Shown piece after piece: positions 26,633 through 40,869 of a stretch of DNA of 64,000 bases. The translations under genes and the position numbers were made by a program. Source of the stretch: Eledone cirrhosa. Taxonomy: Eukaryota. The stretch spans positions 376,464,001-376,528,000 of the forward strand of contig OZ024741.1 in the NCBI GenBank assembly GCA_964016885.1, given 5' to 3'. The notes under the pieces were generated by a model that saw only the letters and a list, made by a program, of their open reading frames with translations, did no database searches and had not been told where the DNA came from. How positions within the stretch are numbered: position 1 is the first letter of the stretch; every line of letters starts with the position of its first letter.

Positions 26633-28640
26633 GTAGGAGAATGAAAAACAGAGATTGACAGAGAGAGAGAGTGAGAAATAGAGAGTGTGTGTAATTGATA
26701 TCGAGAGAAGGTGACAATATGAAGAAGTTTAGGTGTGATTTATATAGTCACGATAAATTGGATTTATACCAGAACATGCCTCCTGTTATTTTGTAATAAT
26801 TAACTCCGTACTCGCACCACCAACTACATAAACGAGGACGGGTGGTTGCATCACGTTGAGTGCTTTCCATAATATTACATCGCGGCTGACCACACAGAAT
26901 GACCAGTTCTATCCAGTGGTGGACCAACAAACCCAAATAAATATTGCTCCAGAAATGTCGAGCGCTTTCAGATGTAATAATTGTTTCTACTTTAGGCACA
27001 AGGCCAGCAATTACCTAGTACATTACTGGTACTTTATTTTATCGACCCCATAAGGATGAAAGGCAAAGTTAACCTCGGCGGGATTTGAACTCAGAATGGC
27101 AAGGGACGTAGCTCTATGCTTCAAAGCATGGTGTCCGACTCTCTATCGATACTGCCAATCCATGTAATAATGAACAGCGGCACTGACTCCAGTGTACAGC
27201 TATCGCCAGCATGGGACTAACTAACCTTACACCTTTCGGTTTTTGGATGCGTTGAGCTTTGTCTACCACCTAATCTACCGCTGCTCCCATGTCGGGAATA
27301 TCCAGAATAGGACAGACCTCGAAATATTCCACTAAATATTTCTGCATATTTTAATATTGCGTGTATTTTATTGATTGATTTCTCTAACCTATACTTCAGG
27401 GATTTTGTGATCCACGTTGAATATTAAGACTCGAACATTCACAGGGTATCACCTGATACCACTACTTCTCTTCCATCCTCTATATCTATATGTATAACTC
27501 TGTATTATCCGAATGCCCCTCGATCTTTATTATATTTCCCCTGTGTTTATATTTCCCCTGTGCTTATATTTCCCCTGTGTTTTGATTTCCTAGATATATT
27601 CTCTGTACTTCCGTTTTACTCCATGCATCACCACCCTAGTTATGACTGCATTTTTTCATTTATATATTTTTATTTTTTTATTGTTTTATTTATTTACGCA
27701 TTCGGATTTTTACTTTTTTATGGTGTATTTTGCGTATTATTCCTTTTACTTGTGTATGTACTTTTTCACTCTACTCCCAGTACAAAACTACCACTGTGAC
27801 CTCTATGTACCCATATATCTGTTTCCTATTCATTCCCTATACCCACCGTAGAACCACACTAATACAACCTGGACTAACTGGGGACGTGACATAGGCTATT
27901 GGCGCATTTCAACGCGTTTTACCACTCTCAACCTCACACCACGGGTGTGAATAAATATTAATTGTCTGGTAACACGTGATGATACGACGGATGGGGCGGA
28001 TTTCCAGGCTGCGCGCCGGCCAATCGGGCGTTTTAGCCTTCCTTGAGTGTTCTGAAAAATAAATTTCCCCTTTTTTCGATAAACAAAATTACTCGGAACG
28101 TTCGTTCGTCACGGGGCTATGTCGGGCCCGAGTCCGGGCATGCCGCCGCCATTGACCGCCAAATAGTACCCTTATTTTCCAGGCCTAGTCATAACCATTA
28201 ATATATGTATCATGCCTCTTCCTACAAGCACTTAACTATACCCCCACACAGTGTGATATAATAGCAACCACTTGGTATATACGATGGCCAGCCGGCGATG
28301 GGGGGCTCCGCGCTGACACAACCGATACCTAACACAGCTACATTCCTGGAGTGCTCGGAAAAAACTAATTTCTATTTCTTTCGCTAGACGATATTACTCG
28401 GAACAGCTGGCGGGTGGATAGCGCGGGACCCCTAGTCGTCACTGGTTATTGACCCTAGCACGGGCATATTTTTACTATATATACCACCCTAACAATTTAT
28501 CGTGACTATATATATATATCACACCTAAACTTCTTCATAAAAGCCTCCTTATGTCAATTGTCACCTTCTCTCTATATCAAGTACACACTCTCTCTATTTC
28601 TCACTCTCTCTGTCAATCTCTCTGTTCTTCATTCTCCTAT
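26633..28640. repeat. Segment bracketed by ~130-bp inverted repeats (26633-26760 and 28493-28640)
   Basis: GAAGAAGTTTAGGTGTGAT..TATAGTCACGATAAATTG versus CAATTTATCGTGACTATA...ATCACACCTAAACTTCTTC. Confidence 0.75.
26975..27157 (-). mobile_element. Near full-length SINE
   Basis: Reverse complement of the SINE, including the B box (GGATTTGAACTC) and the A-box region. Confidence 0.88.
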
Positions 28641-28818
28641 AATCTCTCTCTGTTTTACTCTCTCTGATTGATGCTTGACCTCAGCGCTGGCACTTCCATC
28701 TGACGGAATGGTGGTAGTACATTAAAGGCTTACGCCCCCACATCATATGGTAGTATCTTAACCCAATTATCAGCACTTGAGGGTGGTCGACGTAGATACA
28801 AGACGCTAAAATACCGGT

Positions 28819-28877
<59 letters not shown>

Positions 28878-29478
28878 CTAAGGAAATGTGGTAAGGAACC
28901 AGATGGACCATAATGCACCAAAGTACTCAATACTTAGTGTAGTATAGTGGGTAATAGGAACGAGTAGGACCCGGACGGCTGAGCTCAAGCCGTTTCGACG
29001 GCTAATTCTGGACTCAGAAGTAGCCGTCGAAACGGCTTGAGCTCACCCGTCGGGGTCCTATTGGTTCCTATATATATATATATATATATATAAAACATGG
29101 GAAGAAAGAGGGATACTGCGTGGTTGCACATGGGTTACATATTATAAAATTAGTCCCTCATCAGTGATTTGCCAACCATCATTGGTATTTCATCGCATTA
29201 AAAATCATATACCTCAGGTTGGTGCGAGCAATAACTAAAATAAGCTATTGGGACAAGTGAATCGCGTAAAGCGAATGAGACAAGTAAACAACATAGAAGG
29301 AAAAAAGCAAGCAACATCATGGTTATCCGGTCAGCATAAGCTGGGTGAATTTCATGAGCCGTCAGAAAACAGACCGTCCGACGTGAATGAGATGTGAGAA
29401 AGAAAGAACCCCACTACTAACGAACGGGAGGAAGTGAGAAGGGGAGAAACAGAGAGTGAGTGAGTGGATGTGCGAGGA

Positions 29479-29512
<34 letters not shown>

Positions 29513-29764
29513 CTAAAAATAAAAGTCATCGCTCTACATGGCTGAATATAGTAAATGTAATGTCAGTTTTTCGAATATTATTAATATTCGATTCGTTTGC
29601 AATTATGAAAACAAATCTATTTTAATCTATGTCACTAGAATGAGCACCTCATTCTTGCTCTTGTGTTGGCATGTAAACAGAACTGCAGACGCTAATGTGT
29701 CTGGGTGAAAACCGTTCATCTGCATCACTGCTTTCCACTGTTCACCTGCCATCAGTCAGAGCTA

Positions 29765-29814
<50 letters not shown>

Positions 29815-29818
<4 letters not shown>

Positions 29819-30676
29819 TTAATATAAATTAATATATTTGATAAACACAAATACCAACATATTCATGTTTGTATTGTAAATGACCAAGTTAGCTAGATTG
29901 AAATGTACTAATAATAATATTACAGTTTGCCTGTCTTGATTTAAGATAATAAATCAACAAAAACAAATCGTATTGGCAATGGCCGTGGTGCTTGGACAAA
30001 TTTAAATTTAAAAATCAAACCTGTTCCGTAGACAGGTTTAAACCTTAAAGTCCAAATATGTTTCGAATTGAGCTATTTCATTGTAAAAGACTACCTGAGT
30101 TTTGAACTCATTATTATTGATTTATCACTGCTCCTTCGTTGAGCTGAATTTAGCCCCATACAAACGGCTGTTATTTCTAGCAGCACGAGTATGAGGCTAG
30201 CTAGACACTGGATAACCGCGTGAAATACCTCGTGCGTTAAACAGTCTTTCTAAATATTTTGAAGTGGAACATACCAATTTTTATAGTGCTTGCTGAGAAG
30301 ATCAAAATGCGGTATTTCTTCCACTTTTTCATTATTCGAAACATATTTGGATTTTAAGGTTTAAACCTGTCTACGGAACAGGTTTGATTTTGAAATTTAA
30401 ATTTGTCCAAGCACCACGGCCATTGCCAATATGATTTGTTTTTGTTGATTTATTATCTTAAATCAAGACAGGCAAACTGTAATATTATTATTAGTATATT
30501 TCAATCTAGCTAACTTGGTCATTTACAATACAAACATGAATATGTTGGTATTTGTGTTTATCAAATATATTAATTTATATTAACTTGTATTACACGGCTC
30601 AGGAATACTCTTTCTTTGAGCTATTTCATTGTAAAAGACTACCTGAGTTTTGAACTCATTATTATTGATTTATCAT

Positions 30677-30678
<2 letters not shown>
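29815..30678. repeat. Fold-back inverted repeat (~29815-30067 and ~30335-30587) plus a 60-bp direct repeat (30069-30128 and 30617-30678), TA-flanked
   Basis: The arms are near-identical reverse complements of about 250 bp. Confidence 0.88.
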
Positions 30679-30858
<180 letters not shown>

Positions 30859-31657
30859 GTTATTACGGGTTGAATATATATATATATATTGAATTAAATG
30901 GAAAAACGTCGATTATCAGCGATCATGTATGGCGTTAATAGACAAGGCCTCGTCTAGTTTTGCTGAAGATCTAGCAAATACCAAAAATAGATGACATGAC
31001 TAAAATAATGTTACGTAATGTTTTGGAAAGTATGAGAGTGGATCTTGTTTGTAAAGCGTGTAGTGACATGTTTCGTTTTTAAAAGCCATTCTCGTGTAAC
31101 AATTCAACCATCGTTAAGCCTAATGTTATATACATATATAACTATGTGGATTTATTTGAAGAAGATTTTGTGTCCATTATTATTTTTTAATTGTTTTCTA
31201 TACTCATATCAATTATGATCCAATAGCAAAATAAGTCCCAGGTTCGACCATCTCAAATCATTTATTATTTAGATATTATGTATCCAGGACTACATTGTTG
31301 AAAGCATCTCCTTTTATTAGTAAAAAGTGCGATTTAGTGGATATTTGGATGCTATCTCCACCAAGTTAATTAACCATGTAAAGCTTCTTCACTTGGTTTG
31401 TTGGAGTTTTTCTTTACATTGATGATGTCTAAATATTTTATCTGACAAATACGTTGTTAATGTTGTTGAGGCACTAACCTGCTGTATCCGTAGCAGAATA
31501 TTATTTATTTCTTATTGAAATGTAACTTTTTCGAACCAATAGTATTCTATTCAGTTGATATTTGACTTCATTAAAAAAACATTCTGTAATATACATAAAT
31601 TTGAGTCCTTTCAACGGCAGTTATTTTGCTATACGTTCATATATATAGATATAGATA

Positions 31658-31747
<90 letters not shown>

Positions 31748-31804
31748 TACATATATATACGCATGTGTATATATATATGTATATATATAAATATGTGTGT
31801 GTAT

Positions 31805-31835
<31 letters not shown>

Positions 31836-33089
31836 CATGCATATGTCGGCTTACAATTATGAAAGAGATCAAAAGCTAAAGAAACATGATATATTCTGTT
31901 TTTCATCGACATGTTATTGATTACTTCCCCCTTTCCATGACTATTTTCCCCCTATATAAATGCTCTCCAGTGCATTCTGCTATGAGAACGTTTTTGTTTT
32001 CGTTATGTTTTCAACGATATACAAAACTATTATAGTTAAAGACTTTTGCTTAATGTTTAACAAATGAAAATAATAAAAACTGAAGTACATACAATGATGT
32101 CGAGTGAATAAACCTTTGATGGTATACTTCAAAGGAAAGAAACAGCAATTCATAACGATATTAATTCCTCTGTAGTTTTTGATAATTGCTTACATTTTGT
32201 GGGAGATATAAATGAAATGCACCCTTCATTTTTTTCTGAAAAATTTAGTCATAATTAATTAATCACATATAGAAGTTGATAGTTGTGTATACTTAAGCAA
32301 TTTTTATTACTTCATTGGACCGATAATAATTAAATGGCGATTCAATACTGAATAGTTCACTATAGAAAATATCTGAATATAAATGACTTAATTCAAATAA
32401 CATTCAGATTAATGTTGTTTTTACTAGACATTCTCTCATTTTTATTCGATTTAATTTGCAGCTCTGATGTATTAGCTCATCTCATTTGATTAGTGCCTTA
32501 AAATAAATATTGTGAACATTGATACAAATAATGTACATACTAAATGAGTTCTTATGCGCTTATATCGTAGCTTATATAATATATAAACAGAATAATGAAG
32601 AAGCCATCTCGTTGAATTGTTAAACGTTGTTTTCATACAAGTTTCGATTAAGAAGTAAACTTTTCTCGCGGCCAATATTAAATTTGACCCTCATTCTTAA
32701 ATATCCGGACTAGAAGCAGCAAAAACGAAACACCAATTTCTAGAATGGAAATCCCTCAGACAGCCTCTTCTCTTCATGTTTATTGTATAATAATCTATCT
32801 ATCCAGCCATAATTGTATGTTATGTATCTCTAGTATCTATCTCTCATTTGTCCAACTGTCTTTTTTATTGAATTCATTGAAGAATCATTTTCCTGGTTTT
32901 TGTGTATGTTTATTTTCTTCTTTGTTTCCTGGCAGTTTGATATTCATATATGAAAATATATGACTTACTAGCCACTTACCATTGTAACTAATGTGGCTAC
33001 TGTATAAAACACTATGTTTATCTTGGCAATATTGATATTCGAGTATGTTTTCATTAGGTCTGTCATGGACCAGTTTGTCCATTGTATTA

Positions 33090-34019
33090 TCTATATATAT
33101 AAAACTGAGGATGTCTGTATGTGTGTGTGTGAGTTCGAATCCTTAAAACTTGAGAACCACCAAACCGACTGTTTTCAAACTTTACACATGTAAACTTATG
33201 TTTCAGGGAGTGTTCTGAGCAAACATGATTCCAAATTTTCAATGCCCTAGGGACCGCATTAGGCGATTTAGTGATATCGCTCTATAATTCTTAGTCTTTC
33301 TCTTTTTAGATAGATACATACATATAACGTCGCGCCCTTATAATACCTGTCTGTATGTCTAACTGTTTGCATTACGTCACTTCCCTGAGGATGTCTGTGT
33401 GTGTGTGTGTGTGTGTGTGTCTGTGGGTTTGAATCCCTAAAACTCGAGAAGTACTCAACCGATTTTTTTCAAACTTTACATGTGTATTACTTATGTTTCA
33501 GGGAGTGTTATGCACATAATTCAACTTTATCATCTCCTAGGGCCCGCATTGGGTGAAAAACTGCGTTTTTCTAAGATTTTTAGGGTTTTTTTGGGGCGTT
33601 ACGTCAGACCGATTACCTTGAAATTGTAACTACGTATTAGTCAGTCTCTTCTTCATACCGTAAGCAAAGAAAATCCAACTTTCTTATGGCCTAGGGCCCG
33701 TATTAGGTGAAAATCTTCATTTTTTCAGCTTCTTAGGACTTTTTGGAGGCGTTACGTCTAGCCGAATTTCCCGAAATTTTAATGCATATTATGCACATAA
33801 AAAATATTCATTTTCTTGATCCCTCAATGCCCGCATTAGGTGAAAACCTGCATTTTTCCTATTTCATCTAGGAAAATCTTAAAGATTGTCCAGCCATCAG
33901 AGTATTCGGTTTATTTTCTTTACATATTGTCCAGGCATGCATTTTTTCCACGATTAGGTCTGTTGGTGGCCCGCATTCCAAAATACCTTATTCCGTGCAA
34001 CGCCGGGTACCACTACTAG
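33090..34019 (+). mobile_element. Non-autonomous Helitron
   Basis: 5' A|TCTATATATATAAAA, a 3' hairpin CCGTGCAACGCCGG and then CTAG|T. The element sits between A and T with no TSD and has internal degenerate direct repeats. Confidence 0.85.
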
Positions 34020-34196
34020 TTGTTATTATATTTTTAAGTGTCGTTTTATATATATTCTAAATATATTCTCTATTACCATCTTTAATTCCCATATTTATTA
34101 TTTTCGTCGTTGAATGTATATATATATATATATATATAGGAACGAGTAGGACCCCGACAGCTGAGCTCAAGCCGTTTCGACGGTTAATTCTGGACT

Positions 34197-34241
<45 letters not shown>

Positions 34242-34312
34242 AGCGGAGCAAGCAATTATCAAACAATTCTCTAAATAAATTAAAAACGATTTAAATAATC
34301 ACCTGTTTTATT

Positions 34313-34385
34313 GCTGTTACCGACGGTTTCACCAATCCCAAAATTGGAAATCCAGAGTATGGAAAGAACTGGATCTTCAGACAGC
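34313..34385 (-). ncRNA. Type I hammerhead motif in a fold-back element (arms ~34239-34358 and ~34677-34797)
   Basis: Minus strand reads GCTGT CTGAAGA TCCAG...CTGGA...CCAAT..ATTGG T GAAAC CGTCG GTA ACAGC. Confidence 0.7.
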
Positions 34386-34898
34386 CTATTTCCATACTAT
34401 AAGGTTGCTAGTCTTACAGTAAGTCAATATTTCGCTTCCTGCCTAACGCATGCGGTCAGGCCGTTAAAATGACACACGCAAAATCAGGTCGCAAGTAAGA
34501 GCTGTTTATTATAAACTTGTTGATACTGCCACTAAAATTAGCAGCACTATACAATGTTTTGTTCTCTACATAAGGAGACAAATTATAAAAGGGGATGGAT
34601 ACTTCAAAAGGCAGTAGGTACCTATAGAAATATGCAAGGTGTTTATAATAGTTGTGGGTCGATGGTACTAAGAAATTCTCTGGATTTCCAATTTTTGGAT
34701 TGGTGAAACCGTCGGTAACAGCAATAGGACAGGTGATTATTTAAATCGTTTTTTAATTTATTTAGAGAATTGTTTGATAATTGCTTGCTCCGCTCTTTTT
34801 ATAATGTTTTGGTATCTCAAATTAGTACCATCGAACCACAACTATTATAAACACCTTGCATATTTCTATAGCTACCTAGTGCCTGTTGAGTATCATCC

Positions 34899-34966
<68 letters not shown>

Positions 34967-35262
34967 TGAAGTAAAAGTTAAGTGGAAATATCCAAGAGTA
35001 AGAACACGCAGTTCATAGAACGAGTTTAGTATCCATAATTACAACAGTGACATAAACAGCTACTCAAGTTTCGTTGAGTTCTGGGCCCAATTCATTCAGC
35101 CTTTCATTAGAAAATAAAGATGACTGGCTGAATAAACTGGGGCCCAGAACCCAACGAAACCTGAGTAACTGTTTATGTCACTGTTGTAATTATATATATA
35201 TATATCACTACCATGACTGAATCTTAACCATCTACTATGTCAGGGTACGTCATGCATCATCT

Positions 35263-35329
35263 TATTTTATCTGATGAGGACGTACTGTTGAAGATAGCTC
35301 AGTACCTCTGAAATATGTATAATAAAATA
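35263..35329 (+). ncRNA. Type I hammerhead motif
   Basis: TATTTTAT CTGATGA GG..GTACTG...CAGTAC CTCT GAAA T ATGT A TA ATAAAATA, with an 8-bp stem I. Confidence 0.72.
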
Positions 35330-35489
35330 TACTTGATCACACGAATGTCTATTTTTGTTAACATTTTGAATTAATATTAATAACTCCGGAAAACCATTGC
35401 TGTTGAGTGCTTCCAATCTATTATAAAACTCATTCTTTGATTTATTCATTGAACCTTGTTTAACCTTTAAATATATATATATATATATC

Positions 35490-37130
35490 GTGATTGATTC
35501 TTTTTGAATTTGCCACCGACGCAGAGGCAGTGATTTTCTCAATGGCTAGGAATTCAGTCCACGCTTTGCTATTTTCTATCCACTGAATTATTTTTGTATA
35601 AGTTTCCAGAGTCCACGCTTTGCCTGGATACTTAGCTGAGAATAGTCTTCCCTGACGACGAAATGCATCTCTATATTTTCTTCGGAAAGTATATTTATTC
35701 CATTTCAGAAACTAATTAGTTGGGAGTGAAATTTTAGTAAGTAAGTTAATTTTATAATTTTCTTATTTTACGTCTCTCATATTATTGTTCTGCAACCCCA
35801 TGCATTGAACCACAAAGTTACTAAGACAAAACCTATATATTTGCTAGCATTGATATGCATCTGTATGTATATATATGTTACTAGATATTAATTCTTTATA
35901 ATTATCTCCAAATTATTTGTCGAGCAATATTGGCCAAGACTGCTGCTATGGTAGCAGGCAGGCCACTGTCTTATTAACAAACCACTTTCCACTGATTGAC
36001 CTCGATGTCACGTGATTGATTCTTTTTTAATTTGCCACCGACGCAGAGGCAGTGATTTTCTCAATGGCTAGGAATTCAGTCCACGCTTTGCTATTTTCTA
36101 TCCACTGAATTATTTTTGTATAAGTTTCCAGAGTCCACGCTTTGCCTGGATACTTAGCTGAGAATAGTCATCCCTGACGACGAAATGCTTCTCAATATTT
36201 TCTTCGGAAAGTATATTTATTCCATTTCAGAAACTAATTAGTTGGGAGTGAAATTTTAGTAAGTAAGTTAATTTTATAATTTTCTTATTTTACGTCTCTC
36301 ATATTATTGTTTTGCAACCCCATGCATTGAACCACAAAGTTACTAAGACAAAACCTATATATTTGCTAGCATTGATATGCATCTGTATGTATATATATAT
36401 ATGTTACTAGCTATCAATTCTTTATATATATATATATAAAAGACGTAAAATAAGAAAATTTAAAAAAAAATTTTTAAAAATTAACTTACTTAAATTTTCA
36501 CTCCAACTAATTAGTTTCTGCAATGGGATAAAGACAGTTACGTAATGAACTGTTGAGAATTTCATTGCGTAGATATATTAAACTATATATATTTATCTCC
36601 AAATCACTGATTTGTCGAGCAAACCTGCCAAAACCACTACTAATTTTTTTGGGGGGTGTTAGTAGGCGTCTGTCATCTTACCATCCCATTCCTACTGACT
36701 AGCCTCTGTGTCACGTGATTGATTCTTTAGAATCGGCCATTTGACCAGTGGCAGTGAGAATTTTCAGTGCCTGGAATCCAGTCCTCGATAGCTGTTCCAT
36801 TTACCGAATTATTATTATTTTTATATGAGTCCCCAGTGTCCGCGCATTGTCTGGAGACTTGGCTGAGAATAGACCTCCCTGATGACGCAATGAAATTCTC
36901 AATAGGTCATTACGTAACTGTCTTTATCCCATTGCAGAAACTAATTAGTTGGAGTGAAAACTTAAGTAAGTTAATTTTTTAAAATTTTTTTAAAAATTTT
37001 CTTATTTTACGTCTTTTATATTATTGTTCTGCATCCTCCTGCATTGAACCACCTAGGTACTATGACATAACCTGTGTATTTGCTGGCATTAGCGTACATC
37101 TGTGCGCTTATGTTAGTAGATATATTAAAT
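35490..37130. repeat. ~520-bp repeat family in tandem (35490-36425) plus a diverged fold-back relative (36436-37130); further copies at 43428-43705 and 58510-59288 (-)
   Basis: GTGATTGATTC...TTTGCCACCGACGCAGAGGCAG recurs at 35490 and 36012. GCATTGAACCACAAAGTTACTAAGAC is shared with the copies at 43428-43705 and 58510-59288. Confidence 0.88.
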
Positions 37131-37151
37131 TATCTCTATATATATATATAT

Positions 37152-37205
<54 letters not shown>

Positions 37206-37444
37206 GACAAGTAAGTATGTTTTGAAACAGTGAGCAGGTTTGAAATTAGAAAATAGAATAGCTTATTATAAACTTGTTGATACTGCCACTAAAATTGTGA
37301 TGTGTTGGTAGCACAGTGGTCTGGATAACCAAAGATGTGGGTTCGACTCCCATGTACGTCAATACTCATCTTTTTCCATTTATCTGAGGGTTCTAAACGC
37401 CATTATCAGACTAAAATTTCTTTAGTCAGAAATACGGTGAAAGC

Positions 37445-37480
<36 letters not shown>

Positions 37481-37679
37481 GGGTACAAGTATCGTAGAAG
37501 AGGAGGAAGCAGAGAGATGCGATACAGATTACTAAATGCCAATAGCCGAAGCGGGGTGTGCTCGATGCTTGGGTTAGCAGTGTTAAATATTAGAGGATAT
37601 TTAATATTGTGTGTATTGTTCAAGCAGAGTGGGAATAAGCAAATGAATGCATGAAGGAGTTGCAAGCCGTTAAAACATA

Positions 37680-39120
37680 TGGTTCCTTTCTCCCTACTTC
37701 TAGGTATGCCTCAAACATACCTAGAATCTTCTTCCACGCCTTAGAGAGGAACTTCCCACATAACCTTAGGTACCATAAGATCCTCAACAAGAATAATGTT
37801 AAAATCTCTTACACTACTACACCTGACTTAACCCATGTCATATCACTTAGTAACCACAGAAAGCTCACTAGAATAAAACCATCTTGTAATGCCAACATTG
37901 GAACGTCTGACCACCTTAATAATCATAACAACAACGGTAGCTATAATAGCAATAATAGAAACCAGGATAATAATCATGGTAATAGCAATAACATTAACAA
38001 TAGCAGCACCATAGAGGCTAACCACATCATTAATAGTGGAACTGGCGACCAAGATAGGAACAATGCCCCGATAACAACAGCTGTAGAAGGAGCCATAATA
38101 GGAACAACAGAAATAACACCATGTCGCAAAACTATATCTGTAATAATGCCAACCGCAACAATGACGACAAGGGTGATGGTGGTAATGATAGTAGAAATGA
38201 TAGCAGCGGCCCTCACCATATTAGAAATTTCAAAAAAAAAAGCATTGCAATTGCGGAAACCTCCAACAACTGTCCGCTCCAGAGCCACTACTTGATTAGA
38301 AACCTAATCTGCAAATGCACCATGATGAGTAATAATAGCACTAGGTCATACATACACTTCTAATGAGTTCAAGACAAGATTTAGATCGCATCTCCACTCC
38401 TTCAAAAAAATAAGAAGGTCAGATTCTCTACCTCCCTCGCTAATTATATTACACTATTAACTGAATCTAACATTAGCTACACCACACAATGGGGAATAGT
38501 TGATCAAGCAACCCCTTATAAGTTTAGGAAAAATTGCCAGCTCTGTCTAATGGAACCATGATATATAAGGACCTCACCCCATCAACTCATTAATAGTGGG
38601 GCGCAAACGGTCATCAATTGCAGCCATACACTACAGCACTCGTTCTTCAAGTGGTCTCCAGAACAGTAATGACATTCAATCCCCGCAGCTATCTGCATCG
38701 CCCCACCATTTAGTCCACCTCCGATAAGTAGGACAAAGTGTAGTGTCTAATGACAATATTAAACAGCCATCTGAATTTTACCGAGGCACTGCCCATTACC
38801 TACTGAGTTAGGCTCACCACGCTAAACCTTCCCCCAACTGGGGTAGGTTAAAATAAATTTTAGGGTAATTTATGGCCTAGCACCGTCAAGTAACCTCGCC
38901 TAGTAGATTATACCCCTTTCACCGACGCCATTGTTAATTTTTTCGCTTATCATTCAGGGAGACGTGAATCTGAGAAAATGATTCTCAACGGTATTTATAC
39001 TTATTGATGACATTATATAACAAAATTATTTCTCTGACGAGCTCGTGTGGGCGAAACATGTGTAAGAGCTATATAAAGAACTTGTTTTAACGGGTTATAA
39101 CTCCTTCATCCATTCATTTG

Positions 39121-39123
<3 letters not shown>
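37680..39123 (+). mobile_element. 5'-truncated Penelope-like element (YRDD/Naiad-like type, tentative), decayed
   Basis: NFPHNLRYHKILNKNNVKISYTTTP, an Asn-rich linker, then NCPLQ...FKTRFRSH.HSF...CQLCLME (endonuclease). A 3' hammerhead follows, and the element ends at (TA)n. Confidence 0.8.
39030..39068 (+). ncRNA. Type I minimal hammerhead ribozyme at a Penelope 3' end
   Basis: TTCT CTGACGA GCTC GTGT GGGC GAAAC ATGT GTA AGAG. Confidence 0.8.
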
Positions 39124-39188
<65 letters not shown>

Positions 39189-40229
39189 TACAAAAGCAGC
39201 AAAAGTTTAAATATCAATAAAACTTTGAGACTCCTATACATACACACACACACACACACACATATACATATATATATATATATACAAGTGGAAGCTTATT
39301 AAAATCGAAGCTTTGGCTGTGGCCAAGCAAAATCGACCTACAATAGGAATGAGTTAGAAAAACACTCAATAAGGGTAGGTCCTTAGAGTAATAACATACG
39401 TTTAAATAACGTGACAATTTGAACATTGCGGTAGGCAAAACCCAACCACATAATAGCAAAGTAACGAAGAACTAACAGGTTAAAAATCAAACGATCTACG
39501 TCTGAAGTGTTTCTATGAATCCGAAATCATTTATCCAACTTACGTAACCCGCAAGTTTGTGGTATTCCATGATCGAACAGAGGATTCATTTCATCAACAG
39601 GGATTCTGTTCTGCCTCAAACTGGTGTGAACAAACTAAATGCGACATATATATGTGTATGTATAGCAGTCTCAAAGTTTTATTGATATTTAAACTTTTGC
39701 TGCTCTGGTTCGACATGGGTCGTCAGTATTCCGTTGTTGCTCTGGGCTTTGTTTTACTGGGATATAGTATTTACGTGTTAAGCCTATATTCATGACTTAC
39801 GTTCTCAATGTCTTTTTTTTTTGTTTATTCTATTCTATTCAGAAACTGTATTTTCCTTAAGAATTCTTTCTCTTAAGTGTTCTATGTCAACTGCTATTGT
39901 TTTTTGTGGCGGCGTAGGGAGTTCTTTAATATTATGAGATGTGAAGTATAATGTTTGGTTATTTAGTTATGATTTTAGTGATATTCAGTATAGTACTCAT
40001 CATAATTAGATAATTGCAAAGGATTAAGTTGAAGTATCTATATTATTAATAATATTATTATTCTCGCACAATATAATACGGGTATTATTCTTTTCATCAG
40101 GTTCCATTTCGGAACTCAAGATAAAATGGATTACTTTCTACTCTTCTAGGAGATATCCATCACTTTTCAGATTATCAATACTGTGGCAAGGAAGCATGCT
40201 TTTTGCATAGGTTCTATACTAAGATTAAA

Positions 40230-40830
40230 TCTAATTTGTTGCAACCTTTTAGCAAGATTATATGATACACATCCTAGTTCGCTAATAATTATCGGTACCA
40301 GTATTACCTTATTTACTTTACTCTTCCGTGCTTTAAAAAGCCATATTTGAGGTCATTACAGTAGTTTTTCTACTCTGTTTCTGTACCCTTTCTTCTTGTA
40401 TAAAATGGTTAGATTACGTCCATAATAAAGCACTTCTTTTCTTTCTTGATTATCGACATTATATCTGGTTTGTTTTGATAAATCTTTGTTTACGTTTGTA
40501 TTGCAATATCTGATAAGATTTTGTCTTTATAATTTTGCAGCACTTTCTTCTCTTTTGTTACCAACTTGACTAACCATTTTTCACTACAATTAAAACCAGA
40601 CTCATAGTCGCCTATGTATAAATACTGCCACTTTATCATGTCTGCATTTTCTATAGTTATGGTACATCACCTGTAAACATTCTGAGAAAATATAGCTAAT
40701 TAACTAGGTCACCTTTCCATACATTCTACAAAGGGATCCACATCGACTTGCATCTAATTTGTCACTGCATTACAGTGACCAGAAACAATTATACGACGTT
40801 CAGTCAGTCATGCACTTACGTTTGAGATTT
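40230..40830 (-). mobile_element. Decayed R4-like RLE endonuclease fragment
   Basis: Minus-strand CRHDKVAVF and NKPDIMSIIKKEKKCFIMDV (RHD and PD..D motifs). Confidence 0.6.
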
Positions 40831-40869
40831 GTTTCGTATAACTGATTAAGTGTGGGATGAGTTTGCCAA

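Noticed and set aside
35648-35700. CTGACGACGAAATGC as a hammerhead in the ~520-bp repeat
   Set aside because: There is no room for stem II, and the alternative pairing gives no stem I, so it is kept only as a low-confidence family note.
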